DNA from: a bacterium
GTDB taxonomy: Bacteria; Hinthialibacterota; Hinthialibacteria; Hinthialibacterales; Hinthialibacteraceae
DNA: 64,000 nucleotides
Assembly: GCA_963662285.2 (NCBI GenBank)
Contig: CAXXMV010000002.1
Span: 1,024,001 to 1,088,000 of the forward strand
Direction of reading: 5' to 3'
The translations under genes and the position numbers were made by a program. Below the pieces are notes generated by a model. The model was not told where the DNA came from, did no database searches, and saw nothing but the letters and a program-made list of their open reading frames with translations. Shown here piece by piece: positions 44,278-57,889 of this stretch. Position 1 is the first letter of the stretch. Every line of letters begins with the position of its first letter.

Positions 44278-47200
44278 ATGAAACAAACATCGGATATATG
44301 TCCTTGGCGGAAGCGCAAGAGTTTTGCCAAGATCCAAGACGTCATTCCCATTCCCGACCTGATTGAGACCCAGCAACTCTCCTATAACCTGTTTTTGCAG
44401 CAAAATGAGTTGCCGGATCAAAGGCAGATGGCGGGTTTGGAACAGGCGTTTTGTTCCATATTTCCAATCAAAGGCCGGGGCAATTCCTCGCTGGAGTTTG
44501 TTAATTACAGCTTGGGGCGACCTAAATACCTGGTCATGGAGTGCATAGAACGAGGAATGACCTATTCTGCGCCAGTTCGGATCAAAGTGCGCTTGATTGT
44601 CAAATCCGGTGATGGAAAAGGCAAAGAAGAAGAAGCTGAAATTATTGATATCCGTGAAGAGGATATTTATCTGGGCGAGATTCCTCTGATGACTGATCGG
44701 GGAACTTTTGTAATAAACGGCGCCGAGCGCGTTGTAGTCAGCCAATTGCATCGTTCTCCTGGAGCAACATTTAATGTTGAATTGCATCATAGTGGACAAC
44801 GTTTGATCAAAGGCAGCATTATTCCTAACCGGGGCGCCTGGTTGGAATTTGAAAATGACTTGAATGACGTTTTGTCTGTGGTTATCGACAGGCGCAGGAA
44901 ATTGCCGGTTACGGTTCTCTTGAGAGCATTTGGTTATGCGGATGACGATGAAGTTATGGGATTATTCGTCAAACATAAAACCGCTAAAATCGGTCCTCGC
45001 AGCAAAACTACTCTTGTCGGGAAAATTGTCAGCCGTGATATTATCGATCCTGAAACCAATATTGCGATGGTTGAAGCAGGGACGGAGATCACTGAAGCGG
45101 TTGTCGACAAGTTCTTTGAATTGAATATTACTTCAGTTTCGTTGGTTGATGGACACGAGCGCGATTACAACGTTATACGCAATACTTTGTTGAAAGACAA
45201 CACTACAGATCGGGAAAGCGCATTGGGCGAGATTTATCAGACTCTGCGTCCCGGAGAACCGCCTGCTTTAAAGAACGCCATTGCTCTATTTGAAAACCTT
45301 TTTACCAAACCCAGACGTTACGATCTTTCCCGCGTTGGACGTTATAGATTGAATAAAAAACTGGGAATCGATATTGATATCGATACAATCACCCTGTGTC
45401 CTGAAGATGTTGTAGCGGTTATTGGTTATATACTTACGCTGAATCGGGGCGAAGGCGTGTCGGATGATATCGATCACCTTGGCAACCGGCGTGTTCGTAC
45501 TATTGGTGAATTACTGGAAAATCAGATTCGCGTCGGATTAGCCCGGATGGAGCGAACAGTACGGGAAAAGATGGGTATTCTCGATTTAGAGAACATCATG
45601 CCTCGTAATCTTATCAACGCTAAACCAATCACAACGGCGATTGGCGACTTTTTTGGTCGCAGTCAACTGTCGCAATTTCTTGATCAAGTCAATCCTTTAT
45701 CAGAATTAACCCATAAGCGGCGTCTTTCCGCATTGGGACCCGGTGGTTTGAATCGGGAACGTGCGGGATTTGAGGTTCGCGATGTTCACCATACTCATTA
45801 TGGACGCGTTTGTCCTATTGAGACGCCTGAAGGTCCCAACATCGGCTTGATTTCCAGTCTTTCAACTTATGCGCGGATTAATGAGTTCGGCTTCATTGAA
45901 ACTCCTTACCGTAAAGTTAAAAAGGGAATCGTTTCCAAGTCGATTGAGTACTTAACTGCTGATGATGAAGATAATTGCATCATTGCTCAGGCTAATGCTC
46001 CGCTCGATAGCAAAGGGCATTTTGAGCGTGATACGGTACTGTCGAGATACCGTGAAAATTATCCACGGGTTTCTCCTGATTTAGTTAATTATATGGATGT
46101 TTCGCCCAAGCAGTTAGTCTCGATTTCTGCGGCTTTGATCCCGTTTCTCGAACACGATGACGCCAACCGCGCTTTGATGGGATCAAACATGCAGCGCCAG
46201 GCGGTTCCTCTATTGAAGACCGAAGCGCCTAGGATTGGAACAGGCGTCGAATATAAAGCTGCCAAGGATTCAGGCGTTGTAGTTGTTGCCCGGCGATCAG
46301 GAATTGTTGAGAGCGTCAGTGCTGCGAAAATCGTTATTCGCCCCGACGAACCACTAATCGAAAAAGATTTTGACGAATATATATTACAGAAATTCGTACG
46401 CTCGAATCAAAATACCTGCATCAATCAAAAACCTATTGTTCGTCTTGGCGACCACGTAGAAGAAGGATGGGTAATTGCTGATGGCCCCGCCACCGACAAA
46501 GGTGAACTGGCTCTAGGGAAGAATGTTCTTTGCGCGTTCATGTCCTGGGAAGGCGCCAACTTCGAGGATGCCATCGTGGTCAGCGAGCGATTGATTCGCG
46601 ACGATGTGTTCACCAGCGTTCATATTGAGGAATTTAAGGTTGAAGCGCGAGACACCAAACTTGGCGAAGAAGAAATTACGCGTGATATTCCCAATGTCGG
46701 CGATGAAGCGCTCAAGAATTTAGATGAGAATGGCGTTATTCGCATTGGCGCTCCAGTAAATCCCGGCGATATCCTGGTTGGTAAGATTTCGCCTAAAGGC
46801 AAAGTACAAACTTCCAATGTTGAAAAACTGCTTCGCGCTATCTTCGGAAAGCGTGCGGAAGATGTTAAGGATATATCGCTTAAAGCTCATCCCGGAACGC
46901 GGGGCACAGTGGTGGATGTCAAAGTCTTCTCCAGAAAAATGCGCGGCGGACGCGGACGAGCCGAAGATGAACGATCAATCAAACGGCTCTTGGCTGAACG
47001 CGAATCCAAACTCGCTCTTATGGACGATGAATGGAAGGAGCGGCTCCATAATTTATTAGTCGGTATGGAGCTGGCCGGTGAAATGCTGGATCCCACAACT
47101 GGAGAGATTCTCTTCTCTAAGGGGAAAACCATAACAGCTGACGATTTAGATAAATTAGGGGATATTGATATTCGCGAATTGACTATTGAAGGCGATCCGG

Positions 47201-48111
47201 TGCTGGATCGCTTGAGGATGCAATATCAACAGAACCTGGAAGATATCAGACAACAGATCGAAAAACAGGTTGAATATATTAAGACGGGCGACAACCTGCC
47301 TCCCGGCGTTTTGAAAATGGTCAAAGTTTACGTCGCCAAAAAGAAACGGTTATCCATCGGCGACAAGATGGCCGGTCGTCACGGTAATAAGGGCGTTGTT
47401 TCCATCGTTGTTCCTATTGAAGATATGCCGCATTTGGCGGATGGAACCCCGATTGACATTCTACTAAATCCATTGGGCGTTCCATCACGTATGAATGTCG
47501 GACAGGTGTTCGAAACTCATCTGGGATGGGCAATCGATAAACTGGATGTTCATATTGCCACACCGGTTTTTGACGGCGCCAAAGAGAGCGATGTGAAGGA
47601 ATTTCTGAGAAAAGCCGGATTACCAGAATCTGGCAAAACTGTATTATACGATGGCCGGACTGGCGATTCTTTCGCTGAGCAAGTTACTGTCGGTTACATC
47701 TATATGCTGAAACTCAATCACTTGGTTGATGATAAAATACATGCTCGATCAATCGGTCCTTATTCGCTTGTGACTCAGCAGCCTTTAGGCGGTAAAGCGC
47801 AATTCGGTGGACAGAGATTAGGAGAGATGGAGGTTTGGGCGCTGGAAGCCTATGGCGCCGCTCATACATTGCAGGAACTTCTTACAGTCAAGTCTGACGA
47901 TATTGTTGGTCGAAACAGGATTTACGAAGCTATTGTCAAAGGTAAAAACGCTAGAGCGCCAGGACTTCCCGAATCTTTTTACGTCTTGGTTAAAGAACTA
48001 CAGAGTCTTGCTCTCTCCATTGATCTTATTGAGGAAGAAGGTAGTTCAGAACCGGATGACAAGCCAGGCAAAGAAAATGTTCAAAAAGGAACTTTGGTGG
48101 AATCTAATTAG
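44278..48111 (+). CDS. rpoB: RNA polymerase beta subunit
   Basis: [55 protein letters not shown]. Confidence 0.99.
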   Translation: MKQTSDICPWRKRKSFAKIQDVIPIPDLIETQQLSYNLFLQQNELPDQRQMAGLEQAFCSIFPIKGRGNSSLEFVNYSLGRPKYLVMECIERGMTYSAPVRIKVRLIVKSGDGKGKEEEAEIIDIREEDIYLGEIPLMTDRGTFVINGAERVVVSQLHRSPGATFNVELHHSGQRLIKGSIIPNRGAWLEFENDLNDVLSVVIDRRRKLPVTVLLRAFGYADDDEVMGLFVKHKTAKIGPRSKTTLVGKIVSRDIIDPETNIAMVEAGTEITEAVVDKFFELNITSVSLVDGHERDYNVIRNTLLKDNTTDRESALGEIYQTLRPGEPPALKNAIALFENLFTKPRRYDLSRVGRYRLNKKLGIDIDIDTITLCPEDVVAVIGYILTLNRGEGVSDDIDHLGNRRVRTIGELLENQIRVGLARMERTVREKMGILDLENIMPRNLINAKPITTAIGDFFGRSQLSQFLDQVNPLSELTHKRRLSALGPGGLNRERAGFEVRDVHHTHYGRVCPIETPEGPNIGLISSLSTYARINEFGFIETPYRKVKKGIVSKSIEYLTADDEDNCIIAQANAPLDSKGHFERDTVLSRYRENYPRVSPDLVNYMDVSPKQLVSISAALIPFLEHDDANRALMGSNMQRQAVPLLKTEAPRIGTGVEYKAAKDSGVVVVARRSGIVESVSAAKIVIRPDEPLIEKDFDEYILQKFVRSNQNTCINQKPIVRLGDHVEEGWVIADGPATDKGELALGKNVLCAFMSWEGANFEDAIVVSERLIRDDVFTSVHIEEFKVEARDTKLGEEEITRDIPNVGDEALKNLDENGVIRIGAPVNPGDILVGKISPKGKVQTSNVEKLLRAIFGKRAEDVKDISLKAHPGTRGTVVDVKVFSRKMRGGRGRAEDERSIKRLLAERESKLALMDDEWKERLHNLLVGMELAGEMLDPTTGEILFSKGKTITADDLDKLGDIDIRELTIEGDPVLDRLRMQYQQNLEDIRQQIEKQVEYIKTGDNLPPGVLKMVKVYVAKKKRLSIGDKMAGRHGNKGVVSIVVPIEDMPHLADGTPIDILLNPLGVPSRMNVGQVFETHLGWAIDKLDVHIATPVFDGAKESDVKEFLRKAGLPESGKTVLYDGRTGDSFAEQVTVGYIYMLKLNHLVDDKIHARSIGPYSLVTQQPLGGKAQFGGQRLGEMEVWALEAYGAAHTLQELLTVKSDDIVGRNRIYEAIVKGKNARAPGLPESFYVLVKELQSLALSIDLIEEEGSSEPDDKPGKENVQKGTLVESN

Positions 48112-48165
48112 TAATAGAATCTGCCGAGACCTCTAAAACCGGCAGTCCTTAAGAGGTGAAGACTT

Positions 48166-51100
48166 ATGTGGAAATCATTACAAACTCCTGCAGCCAAGCG
48201 GCGGGAAGATGAAATAAGGGATATTAATCGCGTTCGAGCTATTAGAGTTTCTATTGCATCACCTGACCAGATTCGCGGGTGGTCTTATGGAGAAGTGAAA
48301 AATCCCGAAACGATAGATTATAAAACATATAAACCCAAAAACGATGGATTGTTTTGTGAACGCATTTTTGGCCCGACGCGTGATTATGAATGCGCCTGCG
48401 GCAAATTTAAAGGTATAAAACACCGCGGCGTGGTCTGCGACCGTTGCGGCGTTGAAGTTACTCAGTCAAAAGTTCGCCGTAGTCGAATGGGAAATATCAA
48501 TCTGGAAATGCCAGTTGCGCATATCTGGTTTTCTAAAGGCGTTCCCAGTTTGATGGCTTTGTTGCTTGATCTTTCGGTCAAAGCGCTGGAACGCGTCCTG
48601 TACTATGAAGAATATATTGTACTTGATCCTGGAAGTACAGAACTCGCTTATATGGATATTATCTCTGAGCGTGAATATGCGCGGCTTAGAGAAGAATACG
48701 GGTCTGAGTTCCGCGTCGGCATGGGCGCCGAATCTGTTCGTGAAATATTGGTAGAACTTGATCTCGCATCTCTGGCGGAAGAACTACGTATCAGTATCCG
48801 TGATGGAAAGTCTAAACAGCGGGTGAAGCGAAATGTTAAACGGCTGAAAGTCGTTGAGGATTTCCGGCATAGCGATAACAAGCATGAGTGGATGATCATG
48901 GAAGTTCTTCCAGTGATTCCACCTGACCTGCGTCCTCTGGTTCCGTTGGATGGCGGGCGTTTCGCAACTTCCGATCTGAATGATTTATACCGGCGTGTTA
49001 TTAATCGTAACAATCGCTTGCGCCGTTTGAAAGAAGTTCGTGCGCCTGAAGTTATTATCCGGAACGAAAAACGGATGCTTCAGGAAGCGGTTGATGCTCT
49101 GTTGGATAATGGCCGCCGGGGCCGTCCTGTAAAAGGATCGAATAATCGTCCCTTAAAATCTCTCAGTGATATGCTCAAGGGCAAGCAGGGACGTTTCCGT
49201 CAGAACCTTCTGGGTAAACGAGTCGATTATTCCGGTCGTTCGGTTATCGTGTGCGGACCGCAGTTGAAATTCAATGAATGTGGTTTGCCTAAGCAGATGG
49301 CGCTTGAATTGTTTGAACCGTTTATCATCCGGCGTCTTGAAGAACTGGATGAAGTAACCACTATCCGCAGCGCCAAGCGGAAAATTGAACGCCATGATCC
49401 TGAAGTGTTCGACGTTCTCGAAGAAGTAATTAAAGATCATCCAGTGCTTCTGAACCGTGCGCCAACCCTTCACCGAATGGGCATCCAGGCTTTTCAGCCC
49501 AAGTTGGTCGAAGGAAAGGCTATCCGATTACACCCGTTGACCTGCTCGGCGTTTAACGCTGACTTTGACGGTGACCAGATGGCGGTGCATGTGCCTTTAT
49601 CGGCTGAAGCGCAGGCTGAATGTAAGAAAAGCATGCTGGCTATCAACAATATTCTCGGTCCAGCCGATGGTCGACCAGTGGCCACGCCTTCGCAGGATAT
49701 TGTCTTGGGCTGCTATTACCTGACCAAAATTCGTAAACCAATTAATGGCAATACGCCCAGGCGCTTTTCGGATGAACGGGAAGCCATTATTGCTTATGAC
49801 AATAAAGTAATTGATTTGTTAGAAGAGGTCGAGGTTCGTATAGATGGTACGCGAATGCGCACCACGGTCGGGCGCATCATCTTCAACGATGTCCTTCCTC
49901 ATCAACTGCGATTTGTTAACAAAACAACCGACAAGAAGACGCTTTCGCAACTGGTATCTTCATGTTTTAACGAATATGGACGGGATCGGACGGCGCGTTT
50001 CCTCGATGATATAAAAGACATGGGTTATCTTTACGCCAAACTGGGCGGTATTTCAATCGGTTTGGATGACATGATAGTACCTAGTAACAAACAAGCATTG
50101 CTGGATGATGCTCGTGGGGATGTTGAAGCCATTATTCAACAGTTTGAAAAAGGCGCTATTACTGATATTGAACGTTATAACAAGGTTATTGACCGTTGGA
50201 TTCATACCACGGAAGATGTCGCTGAATCCATGATGCAAGATTTAGAAAAAGATAATTTCGGCTTCAACCCGATTTTTATCATGGCTGATTCAGGCGCTCG
50301 TGGTTCAAAGCAGCAGATCAGACAACTGGCTGGGATGCGTGGACTTATGTCCAAACCGATGAAGAAATTGACGGGTGGTATCGGTGAAATTATCGAATCT
50401 CCCATCGAATCAAACTTCAAGGAAGGTTTGACCGTGCTGGAGTATTTCATCTCCACCCACGGCGCTCGTAAAGGTCTTGCTGATACAGCGCTTAAGACTG
50501 CTGAAGCCGGTTATCTGACAAGGCGTCTGGTTGATGTTGCGCAGGATGTAATTATCACTGAAGCGGATTGTGGAACCCTCTCCGGTATCGAAGTGCGTTC
50601 TATCAAAGAGGGCGATCAGATTATCGAATCCTTGCAGGATCGCGTCATCGGACGCGTCGCCGCCGAGGATGTTTTGAATCCATTGACTAACAAGCCTATT
50701 GTTGAGCGCGGCGAAGTTATTGATGAAGATGCTTCGGTTCTAATCGGAAAATGCGGTCTTGAACGAGTATTTATTCGTTCGGTTGTGGCATGTGAATCGC
50801 CGCGTGGGGCTTGCGCCAAATGCTATGGCTGGGATTTATCACGGCGTGAAAACATTCCTATCGGAGACGCTGTCGGCGTTATCGCCGCGCAGTCCATCGG
50901 CGAACCGGGTACCCAACTTACCCTTCGTACCTTCCATATCGGTGGTACTACAAGCCGAATCATTGAAGAATCGGAGATTAGACTCCGTAGAAATGATGAT
51001 GGCATGGCTGGACTCAAAGACGGCGAATCGGGCATCATAAAATATATCAATCTTCGTATGGTCACCAACCGGCATGAAGAACAGATTGCAGTTAATTCAT

Positions 51101-53109
51101 TAGGTCGTCCCATACTCCTCCGTTCGAAGATTTCTTGCCCTGATCTGAAGACAAAGAGCGAACCTGTTGTCAAGTATGACCAATTGGATATTGTTGATAA
51201 TGGAAAAAGAATAACAGTCGTCAAAGAAGGCGGTTCGATTATTCTTACTAATACCCGGGGTAAAGAATTAATTCGTTTCTACAATATTCCCACTGGCGCT
51301 GTTTTGCATGTAAAAGATGGTGAACGGGTTCAAATTGATGATTTGATCGGCGAATGGGATCCGACCAGATCGTCGCTTATTTCACAGCATGGCGGGAAAG
51401 TAACGCTTCGAAATATTGCTACCAGTGATATGGAGAAGATAGATGGGCATAGAGTCGTTCCTAGAGGTTTTACGAATGCGGAACTGGTTATCGTTGATGG
51501 TAAGGAGTCTGAAACATACACCTTGCAACCAGGGCATCACATTCTGGTTAAATCCGGAGACGCAGTTGAGATTGGAGATGAACTGGCTTTCCATCCAACT
51601 CCAACAGTTTCGGGTACGGAAGGAAAAGTTCGCTTCCATGATATTATAGATGGCGTCACTATTCGACGTATCCTGGATCCGGTTAATAATAACTTAAAAT
51701 CCATCATAACCGACTTCCGGGGCGACAAAATTCCTCGCATCTGTCTGGTTGATAGAAACGAAGAAACTATCGAAGAGTTTACTCTTCCGGCTGGTTCAGT
51801 CCTTAATGTAGAAGATGGCGCAGACGTTTTAAGCGGCATGACTCTGGCTCACACTGATCAGGTTGTTGATATGTTTAAGCAACTTGAGATCGGTATGTCG
51901 CTTGGCGCTATTCTTGAATTGGCTGATGGCGAAGAGGTCATACGTAAAGGAACTCAATTCTTCCGCACCAATGGTCAGAAAGAGTCTTGTTTGGTCATTG
52001 CCCGGTGGGATCCATATTTCAAGGCTGAAATTGCCATCACTGAAGGAAAATGTAAATTCGATCAGATCATTGAAGGCGTTACCATGCGGCATCAACATCC
52101 AGAGGGCGGTCAGGCTCAACAGATGGTCATCATGGAACACCGCGAGGATAAACACCCGACATTGGTTATTCAAAAACGCGGCAAACCCCCTGAATATCAT
52201 TCACTTCCGTCAGGCGCCCATATTGTCGTGGATGAGAATTCTGAAATTAAACCTGGGGATATTCTAGCCAAGATACCCCGTGAAACATTCAAATCCCGCG
52301 ATGTTACCGGTGGATTGCCCCGCGTTGAAGAACTCTTCGAAGCGCGACGTCCCAAACAGCGTGATCTGGCCATTATTACTAAAGTTGATGGTTGGGTTCG
52401 TCTTCCTATGCAGGATGAGATCACCGATGAGATGGAGAAAAAACTGGAGAAAAAGCGTAAACGTGGAACACGCTTGATTCTCATTACTGATAAAGATGGT
52501 GAACTGCTGACCGCACACGAAGTCGATACAGGTAAGCATGTTATCGTAAGTGATGGTGACTGGGTTTCGACTGGCGATAAACTAGTCGATGGTTCTATCG
52601 ATCCACATGAATATCTTGAAGTTATGGGCGAACGAATCACGCAGCAATATCTACTCAATGAAATTCAGGAAGTTTATCGTCTACAGGGCGTTGGCATCAA
52701 CGACAAGCATATCGAGATTATTATTCGACAAATGATGCGTAAAGTTACCATCACGGATTCAGGAGATACCAAATTCCTACAGGATGATGACATTGATCGA
52801 TTCATAGTTATGCGTGAAAATGACCGTGTTCTTGTTCAGGGTGGTAAACCCGCGCAGTTCAAACCTAAACTGTTCGGCATCACTAAGGCATCGCTGGGAA
52901 CTGAATCATTCATATCGGCCGCTTCTTTCCAGGAAACTACCCGTGTTCTTACTGCGGCGGCCATCAGCGGGAAAACTGACCACCTGCTCGGATTAAAAGA
53001 GAATGTCATTATGGGACACCTGATTCCTGCTGGAACCGGATGGGATAGTCATAAAATTTATTACGAAAAATTGCTGGAACGCGATACCGAGGAAATTACT
53101 TTCGCCTGA
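48166..53109 (+). CDS. rpoC: RNA polymerase beta-prime subunit with a long trigger-loop insertion
   Basis: Zn-finger [39 protein letters not shown]. Confidence 0.99.
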   Translation: MWKSLQTPAAKRREDEIRDINRVRAIRVSIASPDQIRGWSYGEVKNPETIDYKTYKPKNDGLFCERIFGPTRDYECACGKFKGIKHRGVVCDRCGVEVTQSKVRRSRMGNINLEMPVAHIWFSKGVPSLMALLLDLSVKALERVLYYEEYIVLDPGSTELAYMDIISEREYARLREEYGSEFRVGMGAESVREILVELDLASLAEELRISIRDGKSKQRVKRNVKRLKVVEDFRHSDNKHEWMIMEVLPVIPPDLRPLVPLDGGRFATSDLNDLYRRVINRNNRLRRLKEVRAPEVIIRNEKRMLQEAVDALLDNGRRGRPVKGSNNRPLKSLSDMLKGKQGRFRQNLLGKRVDYSGRSVIVCGPQLKFNECGLPKQMALELFEPFIIRRLEELDEVTTIRSAKRKIERHDPEVFDVLEEVIKDHPVLLNRAPTLHRMGIQAFQPKLVEGKAIRLHPLTCSAFNADFDGDQMAVHVPLSAEAQAECKKSMLAINNILGPADGRPVATPSQDIVLGCYYLTKIRKPINGNTPRRFSDEREAIIAYDNKVIDLLEEVEVRIDGTRMRTTVGRIIFNDVLPHQLRFVNKTTDKKTLSQLVSSCFNEYGRDRTARFLDDIKDMGYLYAKLGGISIGLDDMIVPSNKQALLDDARGDVEAIIQQFEKGAITDIERYNKVIDRWIHTTEDVAESMMQDLEKDNFGFNPIFIMADSGARGSKQQIRQLAGMRGLMSKPMKKLTGGIGEIIESPIESNFKEGLTVLEYFISTHGARKGLADTALKTAEAGYLTRRLVDVAQDVIITEADCGTLSGIEVRSIKEGDQIIESLQDRVIGRVAAEDVLNPLTNKPIVERGEVIDEDASVLIGKCGLERVFIRSVVACESPRGACAKCYGWDLSRRENIPIGDAVGVIAAQSIGEPGTQLTLRTFHIGGTTSRIIEESEIRLRRNDDGMAGLKDGESGIIKYINLRMVTNRHEEQIAVNSLGRPILLRSKISCPDLKTKSEPVVKYDQLDIVDNGKRITVVKEGGSIILTNTRGKELIRFYNIPTGAVLHVKDGERVQIDDLIGEWDPTRSSLISQHGGKVTLRNIATSDMEKIDGHRVVPRGFTNAELVIVDGKESETYTLQPGHHILVKSGDAVEIGDELAFHPTPTVSGTEGKVRFHDIIDGVTIRRILDPVNNNLKSIITDFRGDKIPRICLVDRNEETIEEFTLPAGSVLNVEDGADVLSGMTLAHTDQVVDMFKQLEIGMSLGAILELADGEEVIRKGTQFFRTNGQKESCLVIARWDPYFKAEIAITEGKCKFDQIIEGVTMRHQHPEGGQAQQMVIMEHREDKHPTLVIQKRGKPPEYHSLPSGAHIVVDENSEIKPGDILAKIPRETFKSRDVTGGLPRVEELFEARRPKQRDLAIITKVDGWVRLPMQDEITDEMEKKLEKKRKRGTRLILITDKDGELLTAHEVDTGKHVIVSDGDWVSTGDKLVDGSIDPHEYLEVMGERITQQYLLNEIQEVYRLQGVGINDKHIEIIIRQMMRKVTITDSGDTKFLQDDDIDRFIVMRENDRVLVQGGKPAQFKPKLFGITKASLGTESFISAASFQETTRVLTAAAISGKTDHLLGLKENVIMGHLIPAGTGWDSHKIYYEKLLERDTEEITFA

Positions 53110-53193
53110 TCTTGGAGAGAGCCGGTGCTGTATCTCTGAACAAGTGAATTGTATTGAATTATTCTAGTAAAATTGGTATTTACAGAACCAAAA

Positions 53194-53240
53194 TCATAAG
53201 CCGATTGCTTCATGAGGCTTGACGAAAAATCGGCTTATGA
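53194..53240 (+). other. 13-bp inverted repeat between rpoC and rpsL
   Basis: TCATAAGCCGATT / AATCGGCTTATGA; no U tract. Confidence 0.5.
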
Positions 53241-53396
53241 CTAACCTGTAAACTTTGCAAGTGCTCAATAGGGGCTAGTATAAGCCTCCTTATAGAGGGA
53301 TGCCTTGCTTTAAGTCGGGGGCATCCTAATTTATGCAAATAATTTGGGTTGAAACCAACCCGTGAATAACGCCCTGAAAAGGATTGAAGGCTGACA

Positions 53397-53771
53397 ATGC
53401 CAACAATAAACCAACTTATTAAAAATGGCCGAAAACGAAAATCCAAAAAGAGTAAAGCTCCCGCTATGCAGGGATGTCCCCAGCGTCGGGGCGTTTGTAC
53501 TCGCGTTTGGACTATGAGCCCTAAAAAGCCTAACTCGGCGCTTCGCAAAGTGGCTCGCGTACGCTTGACCAATGGAATAGAAGTCAATGCGTATATCCCG
53601 GGAGAGGGGCATAATCTTCAGGAACACTCCATTGTTCTGATTCGTGGTGGAAAAGTGAAGGATCTTTCCAGTGTCCGTTATCACGTTGTACGCGGAGTCT
53701 TGGAATCAATGGGTGTGGAAAAGCGTCGTAGAGGACGCTCGAAATACGGAACTAAAAGACCTAAGGACTAA
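53397..53771 (+). CDS. rpsL: 30S ribosomal protein S12
   Basis: [29 protein letters not shown]. Confidence 0.99.
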   Translation: MPTINQLIKNGRKRKSKKSKAPAMQGCPQRRGVCTRVWTMSPKKPNSALRKVARVRLTNGIEVNAYIPGEGHNLQEHSIVLIRGGKVKDLSSVRYHVVRGVLESMGVEKRRRGRSKYGTKRPKD

Positions 53772-53814
53772 ACGAACATTGTTCGTATTTTACTCCTTGT
53801 GGAGAAGATAAAAA

Positions 53815-54285
53815 ATGGCACGCAAGAATCGCGCGGAGCAACGAAAAGTTCTTCCCGATCCAGTTTACAATAGTATCCTGGTGACCAAGTTCATCAACAA
53901 CCTTATGTGGAAAGGTAAAAAATCCACAGCAGAAAAGATTTTTTACGGCGCTTTAGACGAGATCCAGAAGAAAACCAAGCAGGAACCCATGGATCTCTTC
54001 AAATCTGCTGTCGAAAATACGAAGCCTGCCCTCGAAGTTCGTTCACGCCGTGTAGGCGGCGCTACGTATCAGGTTCCCGTAGAAGTTCGACCGGAGCGTC
54101 GTCAGACTTTGGCGATTCGCTGGTTAGTCGGTTCCTCCCGTTCACGTAATGAACGTAACATGATGAGCAAATTAGCTAATGAACTTATTGATGCCGCCAA
54201 TAATCAGGGCACTGCAATAAAGAAGAAACAGGATACCCATCGGATGGCTGAGGCCAACAAAGCCTTTGCTCATTATCGCTGGTAG
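53815..54285 (+). CDS. rpsG: 30S ribosomal protein S7
   Basis: [24 protein letters not shown]. Confidence 0.99.
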   Translation: MARKNRAEQRKVLPDPVYNSILVTKFINNLMWKGKKSTAEKIFYGALDEIQKKTKQEPMDLFKSAVENTKPALEVRSRRVGGATYQVPVEVRPERRQTLAIRWLVGSSRSRNERNMMSKLANELIDAANNQGTAIKKKQDTHRMAEANKAFAHYRW

Positions 54286-54367
54286 TATTGGTTTTTTAGA
54301 AATCGGCGTTGTCTAAAGGGAGAGATGCAGCTCTCTCAATGTGGAGTATGCTGCAATTCATTGAGAG

Positions 54368-56473
54368 ATGGTAATTGTGAGTACCAAAAAGACCGCTTTG
54401 TCTTTCGTGCGAAATATCGGTATTGCTGCACATATCGATGCAGGAAAGACTACAGTTACTGAGCGGATCCTCTATTACACAGGCCGTACTCACAAAATTG
54501 GCGAGGTCCATGACGGCGCAGCCGAAATGGATTGGATGGAGCAGGAAAAAGAGCGAGGCATCACCATTACCTCCGCTGCTACATCTTGCCAATGGCATGA
54601 CTATCAGATCAATATCATTGATACTCCCGGTCATGTTGATTTCACCATGGAAGTTGAACGCTCTCTGCGCGTGCTGGACGGATGCATATCTGTCTTCTGC
54701 GCAGTCGGAGGCGTAGAGCCGCAATCAGAAACAGTCTGGCATCAGGCTGATCGTTACCATGTCCCACGGATAATCTTTATAAATAAGATGGATCGCATAG
54801 GGGCTGATTTTGATGCGGTCGTTGCTCAGGTTAGAAAGCGCCTGGGCGGAAATCCTCTTCCGATTCAACTGCCTATTGGCGCTGAGAATTCCTTCCAGGG
54901 AGTTATTGACCTGGTCGAAATGAAAGCCAGAATCTGGCATGAAGAATCTGGTGATTTCGGAGTAGTATTTGATGATGTGGATATTCCTGAGTCTTTGCAG
55001 GAAAGCGCCAACACTGCCAGGGAATATCTACTCGAAACTCTTTCAGACTACGATGATGTTATTCTGAACAAATTTCTTGAAGGCTCATTAATTGAACCAG
55101 AAGAGATTAAACAAGCCATTCGCAAAGCAACTATTAATTCCGGGATTACTCCGGTTCTATGTGGCGCGGCTTTAAAAAATAAGGGTATTCAACAGCTTAT
55201 TGATGCTGTTACAGAAATATTACCCTCACCAATAGATGTTCCTCCTGTGATTGGCGTACATCCGAAGAGCGGCGAAGAAATTCTTCGTGAAGCAACCAAT
55301 GATCAACCTTTTACTGCTCTTGCGTTCAAGGTGATGTCCGATCCACACGGTAAATTAATTTTTATCCGGGTTTATTCGGGAACCATTAAAACAGGTGACG
55401 TTATTCTCAACGCTGCCAAGAATAAGAAAGAAAAGGTTAGTCGCATTCTTCGAATGCATGCCAATAAACGGGAAGAAATAAAAAAAGCAGAAACTGGCGA
55501 TATTGTTTGCTTGTTGGGCTTGAATCAAACAACAACTGGAGATACTCTGTCTTCTCAGGGCAATGCGATTCTCTTAGAAACGCTTACCTTTCCCGATCCA
55601 GTCATCTCTGTGGCCATTGAGCCTAAGACAGTTGCCGAACAGGATCGCTTGAATTATTCCCTGGACCGGATCGCTGACGAAGATCCCACATTCTGTATCA
55701 AAGTGGATAAAGAAACCGGTCAAACGATTATTTCAGGTATGGGTGAATTACACCTGGAAATTATCGTTGATAGAATTATGCGAGAATATGGGGTTAAAGC
55801 CAACGTCGGCAAACCTCAAGTGGCTTATCGGGAAACCATCACAGCCACTGCCGGATTCGAAGAAAAATACATGCGGCAATTGGGCGGAAAAGATCATTAC
55901 GCTCACGTTTTTCTCGAGGTCTATCCACGGGAGAGCGGCGCCGGCTTCGAATTCATTAACAAGTTAACCACCGATCAAATGCCGGTGATATACTTGAAGG
56001 CTATCGAGCAAAGCATAAAAGAAAATTTACTTGGCGGAATTTTGCTGGGTTATCAGTTAATAGATTTAGGGGTTCTTCTTAAAGCTGGGTCTTATAGTGA
56101 GGAGAACTCTTCAGAAATGGCTTTTACGAGCGCCGCATCAATTGCCTTTAGAAATGCGCTCGAAAATGCTTCTCCGGTTCTTCTCGAACCGGTTATGTCA
56201 ATAGAGATTTTATGCCCAGAAGAATTTATGGGTGACATATTAGGAAATCTGAATTCCAGACGAGGTCGCACTACTGGCCTGGAACAGCGAGGCGCCTTAC
56301 AGGTCATTCGCGGTCAGGTTCCACTCTCCGAGACATTCGGTTATGCAACGAGCCTGCGTTCTCTCTCGCAGGGGCGGGCCACGTCCACCATGCAGTTAGC
56401 ATGTTATGAGGAAGTGCCGAGAGCCATACAAAATCAACTCGTTGCGGGTATGGGTTTTTCAGTTGCCCGATAA
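54368..56473 (+). CDS. fusA: Elongation factor G (divergent domain IV)
   Basis: [30 protein letters not shown]; str operon position. Confidence 0.95.
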   Translation: MVIVSTKKTALSFVRNIGIAAHIDAGKTTVTERILYYTGRTHKIGEVHDGAAEMDWMEQEKERGITITSAATSCQWHDYQINIIDTPGHVDFTMEVERSLRVLDGCISVFCAVGGVEPQSETVWHQADRYHVPRIIFINKMDRIGADFDAVVAQVRKRLGGNPLPIQLPIGAENSFQGVIDLVEMKARIWHEESGDFGVVFDDVDIPESLQESANTAREYLLETLSDYDDVILNKFLEGSLIEPEEIKQAIRKATINSGITPVLCGAALKNKGIQQLIDAVTEILPSPIDVPPVIGVHPKSGEEILREATNDQPFTALAFKVMSDPHGKLIFIRVYSGTIKTGDVILNAAKNKKEKVSRILRMHANKREEIKKAETGDIVCLLGLNQTTTGDTLSSQGNAILLETLTFPDPVISVAIEPKTVAEQDRLNYSLDRIADEDPTFCIKVDKETGQTIISGMGELHLEIIVDRIMREYGVKANVGKPQVAYRETITATAGFEEKYMRQLGGKDHYAHVFLEVYPRESGAGFEFINKLTTDQMPVIYLKAIEQSIKENLLGGILLGYQLIDLGVLLKAGSYSEENSSEMAFTSAASIAFRNALENASPVLLEPVMSIEILCPEEFMGDILGNLNSRRGRTTGLEQRGALQVIRGQVPLSETFGYATSLRSLSQGRATSTMQLACYEEVPRAIQNQLVAGMGFSVAR

Positions 56474-56655
56474 TAAACTGTCAAGAATTAGAATTTTGAA
56501 AAATTAACGCATAAAAAAACGCTCTATAGAAGAATCCTTTCTTCTTATGTTTAGCGATCTTTTACGTATGCGTGAAATGCAAATAGATAAATTAATATTA
56601 CGATATTACTTAATCCCCGTATGCTCGCGGTAGAGAGTGGAGGAATAAGGGTAAA

Positions 56656-57849
56656 ATGGCCAAAGGTAAATTTGAACGGACAAAACCCCACGTGAACGTG
56701 GGAACGATCGGACACGTGGATCACGGGAAGACAACGTTGACGGCGGCGATCACCATGGTGCAGGCGGCGAAAGGCCTAGGCGAAATCCGGTCATTCGACA
56801 GCATCGATAACGCCCCGGAAGAGCGTGAACGCGGTATCACGATCGCAACGGCGCATGTTGAATATGAGTCAGTTGCACGTCACTATGCGCATGTTGACTG
56901 CCCGGGTCACGCGGACTACGTAAAAAACATGATTACAGGCGCGGCGCAAATGGACGGAGCAGTGCTGGTTGTATCAGCCGCAGACGGTCCCATGCCGCAA
57001 ACCAGAGAGCACATTCTACTGGCCCGTCAGGTAGGCGTTCCATACATTGTCGTGTTTATGAACAAAGTAGACATGGTTGATGATGCAGAACTGCTGGAAC
57101 TGGTCGAGTTGGAAGTTCGCGAATTACTGTCGCAGTACGATTACCCCGGCGATGACATTCCCGTTATAATGGGTTCAGCCTTGCGGGCGGGAGAGAATAT
57201 AGACGATGAAGAATCGACCAAATGCATCACAGAATTAGTGGAAGCATTGGATACATATATTCCTGTACCGGAACGTGATGTAGACAAGCCCTTCCTGATG
57301 GCGGTTGAAGACGTCTTCAGCATCACGGGTCGTGGTACGGTTGCGACCGGTCGTATTGAGCGCGGTAAAGTTACCGTTGGCGACAAAGTTCAGATCGTGG
57401 GTCTGAAAGAAGCGCCGATTGATACAGTTTGCACAGGCGTTGAAATGTTCCGAAAATCATTGGATCAAGGTCTGGCGGGCGACAATGTAGGCTTGCTGCT
57501 GCGCGGCATCGGTCGTGATGGCATAGAGCGCGGACAGGTTGTAGCAGCGCCCAAGTCAATTAATCCACACACCAAATTCAAAGCGAATGTATACGTTCTG
57601 ACCAAAGAAGAAGGTGGTCGTCATACGCCATTCTTTAATGGATACCGTCCGCAGTTTTATTTCCGGACAACGGATGTTACCGGTTCGGTGAAGTTGCCGG
57701 AAGGAACCGAGATGGTAATGCCGGGCGATAACGTGGTTATGGAAGGTGAATTGCATCAACCAATAGCCATGGAACAGGAATTACGCTTCGCTATTCGCGA
57801 AGGCGGTCGGACGGTTGGCGCTGGCGTCATCGCCGAGATTATTGAATAA
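56656..57849 (+). CDS. tuf: Elongation factor Tu
   Basis: [31 protein letters not shown]. Confidence 0.99.
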   Translation: MAKGKFERTKPHVNVGTIGHVDHGKTTLTAAITMVQAAKGLGEIRSFDSIDNAPEERERGITIATAHVEYESVARHYAHVDCPGHADYVKNMITGAAQMDGAVLVVSAADGPMPQTREHILLARQVGVPYIVVFMNKVDMVDDAELLELVELEVRELLSQYDYPGDDIPVIMGSALRAGENIDDEESTKCITELVEALDTYIPVPERDVDKPFLMAVEDVFSITGRGTVATGRIERGKVTVGDKVQIVGLKEAPIDTVCTGVEMFRKSLDQGLAGDNVGLLLRGIGRDGIERGQVVAAPKSINPHTKFKANVYVLTKEEGGRHTPFFNGYRPQFYFRTTDVTGSVKLPEGTEMVMPGDNVVMEGELHQPIAMEQELRFAIREGGRTVGAGVIAEIIE

Positions 57850-57889
57850 AGAAATGCGCAGGTCAGTACACCTGCCCCGAAGGTAGATT

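Noticed and set aside
45645-45745. Rifampicin-resistance allele in rpoB
   Set aside because: The key cluster I residues (Q513, D516, H526, S531 equivalents) are all the sensitive type.
50947-52300. Intein in RpoC
   Set aside because: No Cys/Ser start with His-Asn end or LAGLIDADG motifs; the insert consists of SBHM-like repeats at the known SI3 site.
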